Below are positions 28,196-36,031 of a stretch of DNA of 42,330 bases, piece after piece (the first letter of the stretch is position 1; each line of letters starts with the position of its first letter). Origin of the DNA: an uncultured archaeon (lineage in GTDB: Archaea; Aenigmatarchaeota; Aenigmatarchaeia; CG10238-14; SCSR01); the NCBI GenBank assembly GCA_964444075.1, contig CAYUFF010000001.1:1-42330 (forward strand), read 5' to 3'. Position numbers and translations under genes: made by a program. Under the pieces are notes generated by a model, which saw only the letters and a program-made list of their open reading frames with translations, did not search any database and was not told where the DNA came from.

Positions 28196-28972
28196 ATGGA
28201 GTTCGAAAACTCTGAGGAAAGGGGAATTGTAGAAAGAGTTTCTACCGGAGTGATCGGTCTAGACGAGCTTATTCAGGGCGGCTTCGTCAAAGGCTCTGTA
28301 GTACTAGTTACGGGAAAGACTGGGACAGGAAAGACAGCTTTCGCCGCGAGCTACCTTTACGAAGGTGCTAAGAGGGATGAGCCGGGTGTGTACGTTACGA
28401 CAGAAGAGAGGGAGGAAGATATAAAGGATGATATAATGGCCATGTTCGGTTGGGATTTAAGAGCCTTGGAGGAGAAAAAACTGGTTAAATTCTTGTCGGT
28501 AAAGCCAGTGATACCGACTTCAGCTATACGAGCATTTTCTTCGATGGAGGAGGAGATAGGGAGCATAATAAAGCTCTACATAATCGACCTGTCTAAGAAG
28601 ATCGAGGAAGCCGTTAAGGAGATAAACGCCAAGCGCGTCGTGATAGACTCGATATCGATCATCGAGATGTTCATCAAAGATGAATATATGAGGAGGGTAG
28701 CCTTAATCCAGCTCGTAAACAACCTGAAGGAGCTCGGAGTTACCACCCTCCTCACCGGAACCATCGAGGAAGGTTCCGAAGCCTTGAGCCTTTCTGGAAT
28801 AATAGAGTTCATCGTGGACGGCGTGATAAAGCTGGACTTCGTCCCCGTAGCGGAGGAGTTCAAGAGGACCTTAACAGTCAGGAAGATGAGGAGAACCGAG
28901 CACTCGATCTATATTCATCCCTTCGAGATAACCAAGGAAGGCCTCAAGATCGTAGAAATATCTTCCATCTGA
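28196..28972 (+). CDS. KaiC-like single-domain RecA-superfamily ATPase, paralog of 17632..18324
   Basis: 'TGVIGLDELIQGGF', Walker A 'GKTGTGKTAF', C-terminal 'KMRRTEHSIYIHPFEITKEGLKIV'. Starts 8 nt after the giant protein's stop, so it is likely co-transcribed. Confidence 0.8.
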   Translation: MEFENSEERGIVERVSTGVIGLDELIQGGFVKGSVVLVTGKTGTGKTAFAASYLYEGAKRDEPGVYVTTEEREEDIKDDIMAMFGWDLRALEEKKLVKFLSVKPVIPTSAIRAFSSMEEEIGSIIKLYIIDLSKKIEEAVKEINAKRVVIDSISIIEMFIKDEYMRRVALIQLVNNLKELGVTTLLTGTIEEGSEALSLSGIIEFIVDGVIKLDFVPVAEEFKRTLTVRKMRRTEHSIYIHPFEITKEGLKIVEISSI

Positions 28973-28974
28973 AT

Positions 28975-29685
28975 CTACAGAAATCTCTGTAGTCCAGGTT
29001 TCAAAGTGGAAGTATCTATTAGCACTATCTCCTTGTTTACAGGAAGTGCTACGTTGTATACCGGAACTCTCCCGACCCACGCGAACCTCTTTCCTTTGTG
29101 AGAATGTCCGTGTACCACCAAGCTCGGCTCTCTTTTCCACAGAACCTCTTCCATTTTCCTGCTGCCCAAGAAGGGGTAGGTCCTCCTCGGCTCTCCTTCC
29201 AGCGTCCTGTAAGTCGGTGAGTAGTGGATGAGGAGTATCCTGAAGCTCGCGTTAGAAATTTTTTCGAGGAGCCCGTCGACCTTCGAGATCCTTTCCCTGT
29301 ATATTTCCCTTATGTTTGGTATGTTCCTAACCTGCCAGCTCGTCGGAGAATCCAGGCTTCCAGTACTTCCCACTATCCCTACGTCCTCTCCCCTAATTTT
29401 AAGCACGACGTAGCTATCGTCGAGGAAAATTATTTCCCTGAACCTCCTCTTCATCTCCTCCCTTATTTCCTGGTACTCGTTGTTCCCGAAGCACGCCACC
29501 ACCGGGCAGTCTACCTTTCCGAAAAGGGCGTTCACCACCTTCTCCATTTCCAAGACGCTACCGTTGTCCACCATGTCGCCGGCGAGCAAGAAAAGGTCCG
29601 GCTTCTTTTCCATCCTTTCCAAAGCACTCAAGAACTCCTGGTAGTACTGGGGGCTATGAATGTCTGCCGTCGAGGCAATAATCAT
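28975..29685 (-). CDS. Calcineurin-like metallophosphoesterase
   Basis: Motifs 'ADIHSP' (DxH), 'AGDMVDNG' (GDxxD), 'FGNNEY' (GNHE-like), 'VVHGHSHKG'. Confidence 0.75.
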   Translation of the reverse strand: MIIASTADIHSPQYYQEFLSALERMEKKPDLFLLAGDMVDNGSVLEMEKVVNALFGKVDCPVVACFGNNEYQEIREEMKRRFREIIFLDDSYVVLKIRGEDVGIVGSTGSLDSPTSWQVRNIPNIREIYRERISKVDGLLEKISNASFRILLIHYSPTYRTLEGEPRRTYPFLGSRKMEEVLWKREPSLVVHGHSHKGKRFAWVGRVPVYNVALPVNKEIVLIDTSTLKPGLQRFL

Positions 29686-29736
29686 ACTTAGAATGCCTCC
29701 TCAACAAACATTTAAATTTCCCTCCAAAATTTAATT

Positions 29737-30678
29737 GTGAGTCCGAGGAACGGGGTCGCCTCACGGCTTTTCGTCGGAATAGTAGGCTTCGCGGCGTTCC
29801 TGCTACTCTTGAAAATTTTCCTCCCGGGACTTTTCACCCTAATCCTTCGAGCGCTCCCTTTCCTTGCCCTGGCTTCCGTAGCCTTCTTCGGCTTTTACAA
29901 GGTCTTCATCGTAAACTACGGCGAGACGGAAAGGGGAATAATCTACAGGTTCGGAAAGTTTAATAGGGTAGCTGGCCCAGGATGGGCGATCGTTATACCG
30001 TTCTTCGAGCAGGAGTTTAAGAGGGTTGACATAAGGACTAGGAGCGTGACGCTCAACAACATAACGGCGGTAACCAGGGATGACATTCCTCTGACCTTGG
30101 ATGCCGTCTTCTTCTACTCGATAGCCGACCCCAAGAAAGCCGTACTCCAAGTTACCGTACTCGAGGATGCTCTAAACAACTTCGTTTACGGGGTAATAAG
30201 GGATAGCGTTGGCGGCTTCGTGATGAGGGAAGCCTTCTACAACATCGAAGGTATTAACGAGGAGTGCAAGAAAAGGTTGGTGTTCGCCCTCGAAGAATGG
30301 GGTGCCGACGTGAAGGATGTGGAGATCCTCAGGGTCAAGATTCCGGACGATGTGTTCAAGGCGTTGATAGCACCGGTAACCGAAGAGCAGAAGGCTATAG
30401 CGGCGAGGTTCCAAGCGGAGGCTAAGAGGGTCGCTGTAGAGGTCTTGGGAGACGCTGCAGAAAGGCTGAACCCGCAGGCTTTGACCTACCTTTACCTCAA
30501 GGCGCTAGAAAAGATAGCATCTTCCAAGGGCTCGAAGATAGTGCTGCCGGCTTCCTTTCCAAAGATTACCGAAGACTTGATGAAAGGCGTTGGAATAGGA
30601 GCTGGGTTGGAGGCCATAAACGCCGAGGAGGCGATCAAGAAAATAGCGGAAAAACTACAGCAGAAACCTGGGGGTTAA
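29737..30678 (+). CDS. SPFH/band-7 (stomatin/prohibitin-like) membrane protein
   Basis: N-terminal TM followed by 'GIIYRFGKFNRVAGPGWAIVIPFFEQEFKRVDIRTRSVTL..TRDDIPLTLDAVFFYSIADP', typical of the SPFH domain. Ala/Glu-rich coiled-coil C-terminus. GTG start. Confidence 0.8.
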   Translation: MSPRNGVASRLFVGIVGFAAFLLLLKIFLPGLFTLILRALPFLALASVAFFGFYKVFIVNYGETERGIIYRFGKFNRVAGPGWAIVIPFFEQEFKRVDIRTRSVTLNNITAVTRDDIPLTLDAVFFYSIADPKKAVLQVTVLEDALNNFVYGVIRDSVGGFVMREAFYNIEGINEECKKRLVFALEEWGADVKDVEILRVKIPDDVFKALIAPVTEEQKAIAARFQAEAKRVAVEVLGDAAERLNPQALTYLYLKALEKIASSKGSKIVLPASFPKITEDLMKGVGIGAGLEAINAEEAIKKIAEKLQQKPGG

Positions 30679-31227
30679 CAGGGTCGTCAAGGATATAGCA
30701 AACGCGACAGCCCAGGCCTTCTTGCTCCACCAGAAAACCTTGCTCCCGTCCAAAGGAGGAATCGGAAGCAGGTTGAAGAGCGCTAGCCACGCGTTGATGA
30801 AGACTAATGTCCTTACGAAGCTCGGCGTCGAAGAGAACGGCAGGAAAATCGCAGAAATCATAATGTTCGCCAGCGGTCCTGCCAAGGCTACTATCCCCAT
30901 CTCTTCTTTAATCCTCCACGGCGGCTTGAAATAAGTGGAGAATGCCGGTAGGATGACGACGGCTCCGGGCAGCACTACTATTATGCCTAGGAAGGAAAAG
31001 ACCAACCCGAGCATCAGCCCTTCGAGCGAGGCTTTGAAAAACGCGACGTAGCCGAATTTTTTCGCAACCTGCCTGTGGGCAAGCTCGTGCACGAAGAAGC
31101 TGAGGACCACGAGAAGGAAGTAGGATAAAAGCAGCCTAGGGTCGAAGACCCCGTTAGCAATCCAAAAGATTAGGCTAAGTAATAGTATCGCGAGAGCTAT
31201 ATCGGTGACCTCTTCTCTGTAAAACAC
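30655..31227 (-). CDS. Site-2-protease family (M50) intramembrane zinc metalloprotease, minimal form
   Basis: 'FFVHELAHRQVAKKFG' HExxH within a TM helix, plus 'LFNLLPIPPLDGS' (NxxPxxxLDG) M50 signature. About 6 TM segments. Confidence 0.7.
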   Translation of the reverse strand: MFYREEVTDIALAILLLSLIFWIANGVFDPRLLLSYFLLVVLSFFVHELAHRQVAKKFGYVAFFKASLEGLMLGLVFSFLGIIVVLPGAVVILPAFSTYFKPPWRIKEEMGIVALAGPLANIMISAIFLPFSSTPSFVRTLVFINAWLALFNLLPIPPLDGSKVFWWSKKAWAVAFAISLTTLLTPRFLL

Positions 31228-31228
31228 G

Positions 31229-32050
31229 CTACTCCTCCGCGAAGTACTTCAACGCTTCCTCCACGTTGCTGACTTCTTTAACTTCTATTCCGCATTCCTT
31301 CCCGATGTTGACCTCTTTCAGCTCGTAGGTAGAAGTGCAAACCTTCTGGTAGAAACCTGGCGCTCTGTATTCCTTACACTTTACCTCTGGAACGTATTCT
31401 TTGTAGACTCCTTGACCTTCCGGTACTAAGAAAAGTGTTGCTCCACTCTCTTTGGCCGCTTTGCACTTCTCTATTACTCCGCCGACTTTTCCTATCGAGC
31501 CGTCTTCTTGTATCGTGCCTGTAATGACCACATCCTCACGCAGGGTAATGTTTTTTAACGCGGCTATCGTCGCTATCGTCAGTGCAGCGCCAGCCGATTC
31601 TCCTTCCACCAACGATGCCTCAGTTTCTACGGAGTAGATTAAATCTATTCTGGAAGTATCCACGTTAGTATAGGCTTCCGCGACCTTTTTCGCCACCCTG
31701 ATGGAGTGCTGCGTGTCTATCCAGAAGGAAAGTTGTTTGATGTTCACCAGAACCCTACCCTCACCAGGGCGAGCTTGAACCTTGAGCGTGGTAATCACTC
31801 CGTTACCCTCGTTGTCCACCGCAGGAACCTTCAGGCTCACTGTGTAATTTTCCAGCGTTACGTTAGGGATAAAAGTCGGAATTATTCTCATACTTTCTTG
31901 AGAACCTCTTTCAACAGGTAAAAAGCTCGGCGTAGCAACGGTTGGTTGTAAAGGATAGAGTTGCGTTACCAAGAAGATTCCCAGCGCTATTCCTCCTACC
32001 ACGCTGAGCAAAAGGCCCACCCAAAAACTCCTCATAAATTCAAAAAACAT
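31229..32050 (-). CDS. Membrane-anchored Lon-like (S16) serine protease domain protein without an AAA+ module
   Basis: N-terminal TM 'FWVGLLLSVVGGIALGIFLV'. Lon proteolytic-domain motifs 'EGESAGAALTIATIAAL' (catalytic Ser) and 'ITGTIQEDGSIGKVGGVIEKCKAA' (catalytic Lys). 1-nt gap to the downstream M50 gene. Confidence 0.7.
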   Translation of the reverse strand: MFFEFMRSFWVGLLLSVVGGIALGIFLVTQLYPLQPTVATPSFLPVERGSQESMRIIPTFIPNVTLENYTVSLKVPAVDNEGNGVITTLKVQARPGEGRVLVNIKQLSFWIDTQHSIRVAKKVAEAYTNVDTSRIDLIYSVETEASLVEGESAGAALTIATIAALKNITLREDVVITGTIQEDGSIGKVGGVIEKCKAAKESGATLFLVPEGQGVYKEYVPEVKCKEYRAPGFYQKVCTSTYELKEVNIGKECGIEVKEVSNVEEALKYFAEE

Positions 32051-32079
32051 TTTCTTCCTAATAAACTTAACTTAAGTTC

Positions 32080-32979
32080 ATGAGGGAAGGCAAGTTTTTT
32101 TCCTTCGCGACCTACGACGAGAAGTCGGCGAACGCGTTCATCCTAGGAATAAAAGTAGGTAAACACTCGAAGAAGGTACTCGAAACCTACAGGAAAGCAA
32201 GCTGGTTCGTAGAGTTTTTCGACGTGGATAGGAAGGAAAATCTTCTCGAAGGATTGAGGTTCTGCGACGTAGGCGACGTTTCCATCAGCAGCTACAGGGA
32301 TTGGCGGAAAGTCGAAGAGTTGGTCGAGGGCATCCTTTCTTTGAAAAGGTTCGTCGTAACCTTTTCGCGAGCCCACCTTACCAGTTACTTTACGTTCAAG
32401 GGTGCTTCGCGTTTCGTCGACAAGTTCGTAGTTTTCGACGCGCACGCGGACTTGAAATCTTCCTACGTGGACAGTAAGGTAAGGGAGATGGACTGGATGT
32501 CGAAGGAAAGGGTGAGAAAAGCTCTCAACGACGCTACCTGGCTGAGGAGGTTCAAGGAGGAGTATCCACAAAAGAAGGTCCTGCTCCTAGGCCTGAGGTC
32601 TTGCGACGAGGAGGAATACGGCATCCTCTCCGAGGCTGGTGACGGAATCAAGTTTGCGACATCCTTGCAAATCGAGGAAAGCTTTGGTAAGGTAAGGAAG
32701 TTGGTTAAAAGTTTCTCCAAGAGGGGGGAGAACGTTTACTTATCCGTAGACATCGATTGCTTCGACCCCTCTTTCACACCAGCGGTCGACTACCCAGAAG
32801 CTTCTGGAATCAGCTTCAGAACCTTTCAGAAGTGTGTGCAAGCGATCAACGGAAAGATCGTGGGAGCGGATTTTGCTTGTATAAATAGCATCGAAAGCAA
32901 TATGGTCACCGAGTTCTTGGTCATGAGAGCTTTCAACGAGGTTTGTAAGAAGGTCAAAACCACTATCCCTCAGACTTGA
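32080..32979 (+). CDS. Arginase/agmatinase-family ureohydrolase (agmatinase-like)
   Basis: Mn-binding motifs 'VFDAHADL' and 'SVDIDCFDP'. Confidence 0.7.
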   Translation: MREGKFFSFATYDEKSANAFILGIKVGKHSKKVLETYRKASWFVEFFDVDRKENLLEGLRFCDVGDVSISSYRDWRKVEELVEGILSLKRFVVTFSRAHLTSYFTFKGASRFVDKFVVFDAHADLKSSYVDSKVREMDWMSKERVRKALNDATWLRRFKEEYPQKKVLLLGLRSCDEEEYGILSEAGDGIKFATSLQIEESFGKVRKLVKSFSKRGENVYLSVDIDCFDPSFTPAVDYPEASGISFRTFQKCVQAINGKIVGADFACINSIESNMVTEFLVMRAFNEVCKKVKTTIPQT

Positions 32980-33013
32980 AAAACTTTAAGTTTTACTAAA
33001 ACAAAAGTTTTTT

Positions 33014-33205
33014 ATGGCAAAGAAAAAAGCAAAGGGAAAGAAAAAGAAAGCCAAGGGTAAGCCGTTCGGCGGTTACGTCGTCTGCTTCAAGGGCGTTAAG
33101 GATTCTCTGGAACAGGTCTTCGGTAAGAAGCCCATCGCCCCGAGCGCGATGACGAAGGTCCTCTGGGCTTACATCAAGAAAAAGAAACTCTTGTACAAAA
33201 AATAG
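33014..33205 (+). CDS. Small Lys-rich basic protein (63 aa) with a SWIB/MDM2-like motif
   Basis: 'KPIAPSAMTKVLWAYIKKKKL' resembles the SWIB helix 'P.SR.EVVKKLWEYIKENNLQ'. N-terminal 'AKKKAKGKKKKAKGK' tail. T-rich terminator immediately downstream. Confidence 0.45.
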   Translation: MAKKKAKGKKKKAKGKPFGGYVVCFKGVKDSLEQVFGKKPIAPSAMTKVLWAYIKKKKLLYKK

Positions 33206-33236
33206 CTTTCCTGGTTTTTTGTTTTTCTCCCGTTTT
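33206..33236. terminator. T-rich intergenic tract between convergent genes, a likely bidirectional archaeal terminator
   Basis: 'ctttcctggttttttgtttttctcccgtttttcat'. Archaeal termination uses oligo-T tracts. It sits between the stops at 33205 (+) and 33237 (-). Confidence 0.45.
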
Positions 33237-34013
33237 TCATTCTTCGCTCACTCTGGGTGCTAGCACGAAAGCTAGGGAAAGCTTGTCCTCTACGGTGAAC
33301 TCCAGCCTTATCGGGTAGTCGTTTCCCCACGAGAGCTTAACCCTGTCCGAAACTTTGCTGGCTTTCACCATCTTCCTGAGGTAATCCAGCGGGTACCTCG
33401 CCTTCGTCTCCTCCTTCGCGTCGAGGCTGAACAAGCCGGGAGAGCCCCTCTCCAGCTCGAGCTCCGTCCTGCTCACGTCCCCCTCCGCGACCATCACGAA
33501 TTTTTCTGGGGTCGCTATTATCAGCACGGAATCTGCGACCACGCTCGCGTCCTCCAGCCCGTCCTTGAAGACCGAGGAATCTACCTCGGCGCTGCAGGAG
33601 AATTCCAACTGTTCTATCTGCGGTAGTTCTTCTTCCTTCAAATCGAGGAGCGGGAGCGTGAACTTCCTCCTCGAGGAGTTGTGGATCACGACGTCGAGCC
33701 TGCTCGAATCCTTCAACCGAAGGGTCAGCATTTCCCTGGCCTTCACTCTCTTCAACACCGAAATCAGGTTGACGATGTTAACCCCAAGGTTTACACTTTC
33801 CTCGAGCTCGAACGTGTCGAAAGCCGTGGAGAGTATCTTGAAATCTATCGCCGCGACCATGGCCCTGTCGGCCGCCTTCAGCCTGATGCCGTCCTTGTCG
33901 ACCTTGAAGATCCCCTCGTCTATCAGCTCGCCTATGGAAACGACAGCGTCGGCCAACATTTTCGGGTCAGAGAGCGTCGCCGTGAACACGGTCCCACCAC
34001 CACGGGAACTCAC
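33237..34013 (-). CDS. pcn: DNA polymerase sliding clamp PCNA
   Basis: 'FTATLSDPKMLADAVVSIGELIDEGIFKVDKDGIRLKAADRAMVAAIDFKI' and the overall ~250-aa layout match archaeal PCNA. GTG start overlapping the upstream stop (GTGA). Confidence 0.85.
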   Translation of the reverse strand: MSSRGGGTVFTATLSDPKMLADAVVSIGELIDEGIFKVDKDGIRLKAADRAMVAAIDFKILSTAFDTFELEESVNLGVNIVNLISVLKRVKAREMLTLRLKDSSRLDVVIHNSSRRKFTLPLLDLKEEELPQIEQLEFSCSAEVDSSVFKDGLEDASVVADSVLIIATPEKFVMVAEGDVSRTELELERGSPGLFSLDAKEETKARYPLDYLRKMVKASKVSDRVKLSWGNDYPIRLEFTVEDKLSLAFVLAPRVSEE

Positions 34014-34333
34014 ACGTTCGCACGCTCGTAGAGCTTATTAACTTTTTCCCACATTTCCATATTAAAGTTTTCCAACACCTGGAAAAAGTCGACGAGCAAC
34101 CTTCCCTCCACCACAGTGCAGAAGACCCTCACGACCTTCCTTTCCTTCAACCCGTCCACGAACCCTATTTCCACCTCGCCGGAACCGTCTTCGAACACTA
34201 TGCTGTTTTCCCTAACCTCCTTTACCCTCCCTACCAGCACTACCCTCTTGTCCTTCTCGTAGTCCACCTCGGCGACTCTCCTGGGTACGTAATGCTTCTC
34301 TTCGAGCATGCTACTTCTTACTTTCTCCCCCAC
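34010..34333 (-). CDS. Hypothetical stand-alone OB-fold-like protein (107 aa), translationally coupled to PCNA
   Basis: 'VVLVGRVKEVRENSIVFEDGSGEVEIGFVDG...VVRVFCTVVEGRLLVDFFQVL' has an OB-fold-like alternating beta pattern. 4-nt overlap with the pcn start. Confidence 0.5.
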   Translation of the reverse strand: MGEKVRSSMLEEKHYVPRRVAEVDYEKDKRVVLVGRVKEVRENSIVFEDGSGEVEIGFVDGLKERKVVRVFCTVVEGRLLVDFFQVLENFNMEMWEKVNKLYERANV

Positions 34334-34335
34334 GC

Positions 34336-34686
34336 TTAAATAAGTTCCAGGACGTAGTCTACCCTGCTCACCCTAAGGTCCGCGTCCTTCAGCCTCAACA
34401 ACTCCTGCACGAAGTTCGGATGGTAGAGACCTTCGCACTTCACCCTCACCCTTTCCCTTCCGCCGCCCATCACGACCTCGAACGTGACGTCCTTGTGCAT
34501 ACTCGTCGTGTAAGGTGTATGGTAGTTCCCCTTCCACCTCGTCACCATCTTCAGAAGTTCTCTCACGAGTTGTAGGTAGCCGTTCTTTTCCAGAGTCCTA
34601 TAAAATTCCTCGAGGGGAAAGGTAATCACCCATCTTCCCCACCGAAAAAATTTTAGAGGAAAGGTTTTAAAAAACTTTCTACGCAA
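34336..34686 (-). CDS. Hypothetical protein. The start is uncertain. An alternative Met is at 34548.
   Basis: ORF-track entry. Overlaps the 3' end of the upstream HDAC-family gene by 34 nt. No family recognized. Confidence 0.35.
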   Translation of the reverse strand: MRRKFFKTFPLKFFRWGRWVITFPLEEFYRTLEKNGYLQLVRELLKMVTRWKGNYHTPYTTSMHKDVTFEVVMGGGRERVRVKCEGLYHPNFVQELLRLKDADLRVSRVDYVLELI

Positions 34687-35522
34687 GCTGGCAGAGCTTT
34701 CGTATGGTAACCGCCCTCCATGATAACGAAGACGGGTAGGCCGAGTCCCTTTAGCTCAGCGCCTATCATTTCGAAATCCTCCTCCCTCAGGCTGAGCCCG
34801 CCTACCGGGTCGTAGATGTAGGTATCGAAGCCCATGGAAACCCCGAGAGCTTCGGGAGAAAATTCCTCAACCTCCTTGAGCGCCCTTTCCAGCACCTCGA
34901 AATATTCTCGCGGGCTAACGTCCAAGGGTAACGGATGGTTCCTGCAGTTCTCTTCGCTGTACTTGCCGGTACCGGGGTACGCTGGGTAAGCGTGGAGGGA
35001 GACGTAGAGAACATCTCGCCTTCCGAGGAATATCTCCTGCGTGCCGTTGCCGTGATGATAATCTAGGTCCACGATCGCCACTTTACTGACGAGTCCCTCC
35101 CTTATCGCTTTTTCCGTCGCGATCGCTACGTTGTTGAAGTAGCAAAATCCCATGGTGCTTACGTTAAGAGCCCTTCCCTCCCTTCCGGCATGATGCCCTG
35201 GAGGTCTCATGAGAGAGAAGGCAAACCCCTTTTTCAAGGAAATTTTCATCGCCTCGATTGCAGCTCCTGCGGAGAGTAACGCGTACTCGTAGATGTTTTT
35301 CAAAGCAGGCGTATCAGGGTCGTAGAAATCTCCCCTCTCTATCTTCTCCGCGTAAGAAGTCGTATGCACCAACTCGATGTCCTCCCTCTTTGCTGCCTTT
35401 GGCTCGGTAAATCTAAACTCTTTCTCCTTCAGATAATCTACGATCACCTTAATCCTCTCGGGAGACTCAGGATGACCATGCGCCTTGTACTCCAAAGCTT
35501 TTCGCGAGAAAAGTATCTCCAT
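34653..35522 (-). CDS. Histone deacetylase-superfamily amidohydrolase (AcuC/acetylpolyamine amidohydrolase-like)
   Basis: 'VAIVDLDYHHGNGTQEIF' (DxDxHHGNG) and 'GGYH' zinc-dependent HDAC-family motifs. Confidence 0.75.
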   Translation of the reverse strand: MEILFSRKALEYKAHGHPESPERIKVIVDYLKEKEFRFTEPKAAKREDIELVHTTSYAEKIERGDFYDPDTPALKNIYEYALLSAGAAIEAMKISLKKGFAFSLMRPPGHHAGREGRALNVSTMGFCYFNNVAIATEKAIREGLVSKVAIVDLDYHHGNGTQEIFLGRRDVLYVSLHAYPAYPGTGKYSEENCRNHPLPLDVSPREYFEVLERALKEVEEFSPEALGVSMGFDTYIYDPVGGLSLREEDFEMIGAELKGLGLPVFVIMEGGYHTKALPACVESFLKPFL

Positions 35523-35574
35523 GATAACTTTTTTAGAGTCATGAAACTTAATTAAGATGTTCTACAGGAAAATT

Positions 35575-35600
35575 TTACTGTAAAATTTTAATAAGTTTGA
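35575..35600 (+). promoter_or_regulatory. Candidate TATA box/promoter for rps8-rpl6
   Basis: 'ctgtaaaattttaataagtttg' lies about 40 nt upstream of the rps8 ATG (35634) in a 111-nt AT-rich spacer. Confidence 0.3.
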
Positions 35601-35633
35601 AGTCTACAGTAAATCTGCACGGGACGTGGGAGC

Positions 35634-36020
35634 ATGCAGCACGACCTGCTCTCAGATGCTCTCTCTGCGATAAAGAATGCGGAAAGGGTTGGAAAGAAGG
35701 AATGTTTAGTGAAGGCTTCGAAGCTCGTGAGGAACGTGTTGAGAGTCATGCAGGAGCATGGGTACATAGGCAAGGTCGAGTACGTTTACGACGGTAGGGG
35801 TGGTAAGTACAGGGTCGAGCTCAGGGGAAGGGTCGTGGACTGCAACGCCATACGGCCGAGGTTTTCGGTCAAGGTGGATGAATTCGAGAAGTGGGAGAAG
35901 AGGAAGCTTCCGGCGAGGGACGTCGGGATACTGATCCTAACCACCTCCAAGGGCGTCATGGACCACAAGAAGGCCAAGGAGTTGCGCGTGGGGGGTAAGT
36001 TGATCGCTTATTGCTATTGA
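35634..36020 (+). CDS. rps8: 30S ribosomal protein S8 (uS8)
   Basis: '[26 protein letters not shown]...[12 protein letters not shown]' with C-terminal 'GGKLIAYCY'. Typical uS8 length and motifs. Immediately followed by rpl6. Confidence 0.85.
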   Translation: MQHDLLSDALSAIKNAERVGKKECLVKASKLVRNVLRVMQEHGYIGKVEYVYDGRGGKYRVELRGRVVDCNAIRPRFSVKVDEFEKWEKRKLPARDVGILILTTSKGVMDHKKAKELRVGGKLIAYCY

Positions 36021-36031
36021 GGTCGTGACCC

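Noticed and set aside
35597-35797. 66-aa ORF with '[11 protein letters not shown]', considered as a possible zinc-ribbon ribosomal protein (S14/S27e) upstream of rps8
   Set aside because: It overlaps the first 160 nt of the well-conserved rps8 in a different frame. The Cys spacing does not match the S14 type-Z ribbon.
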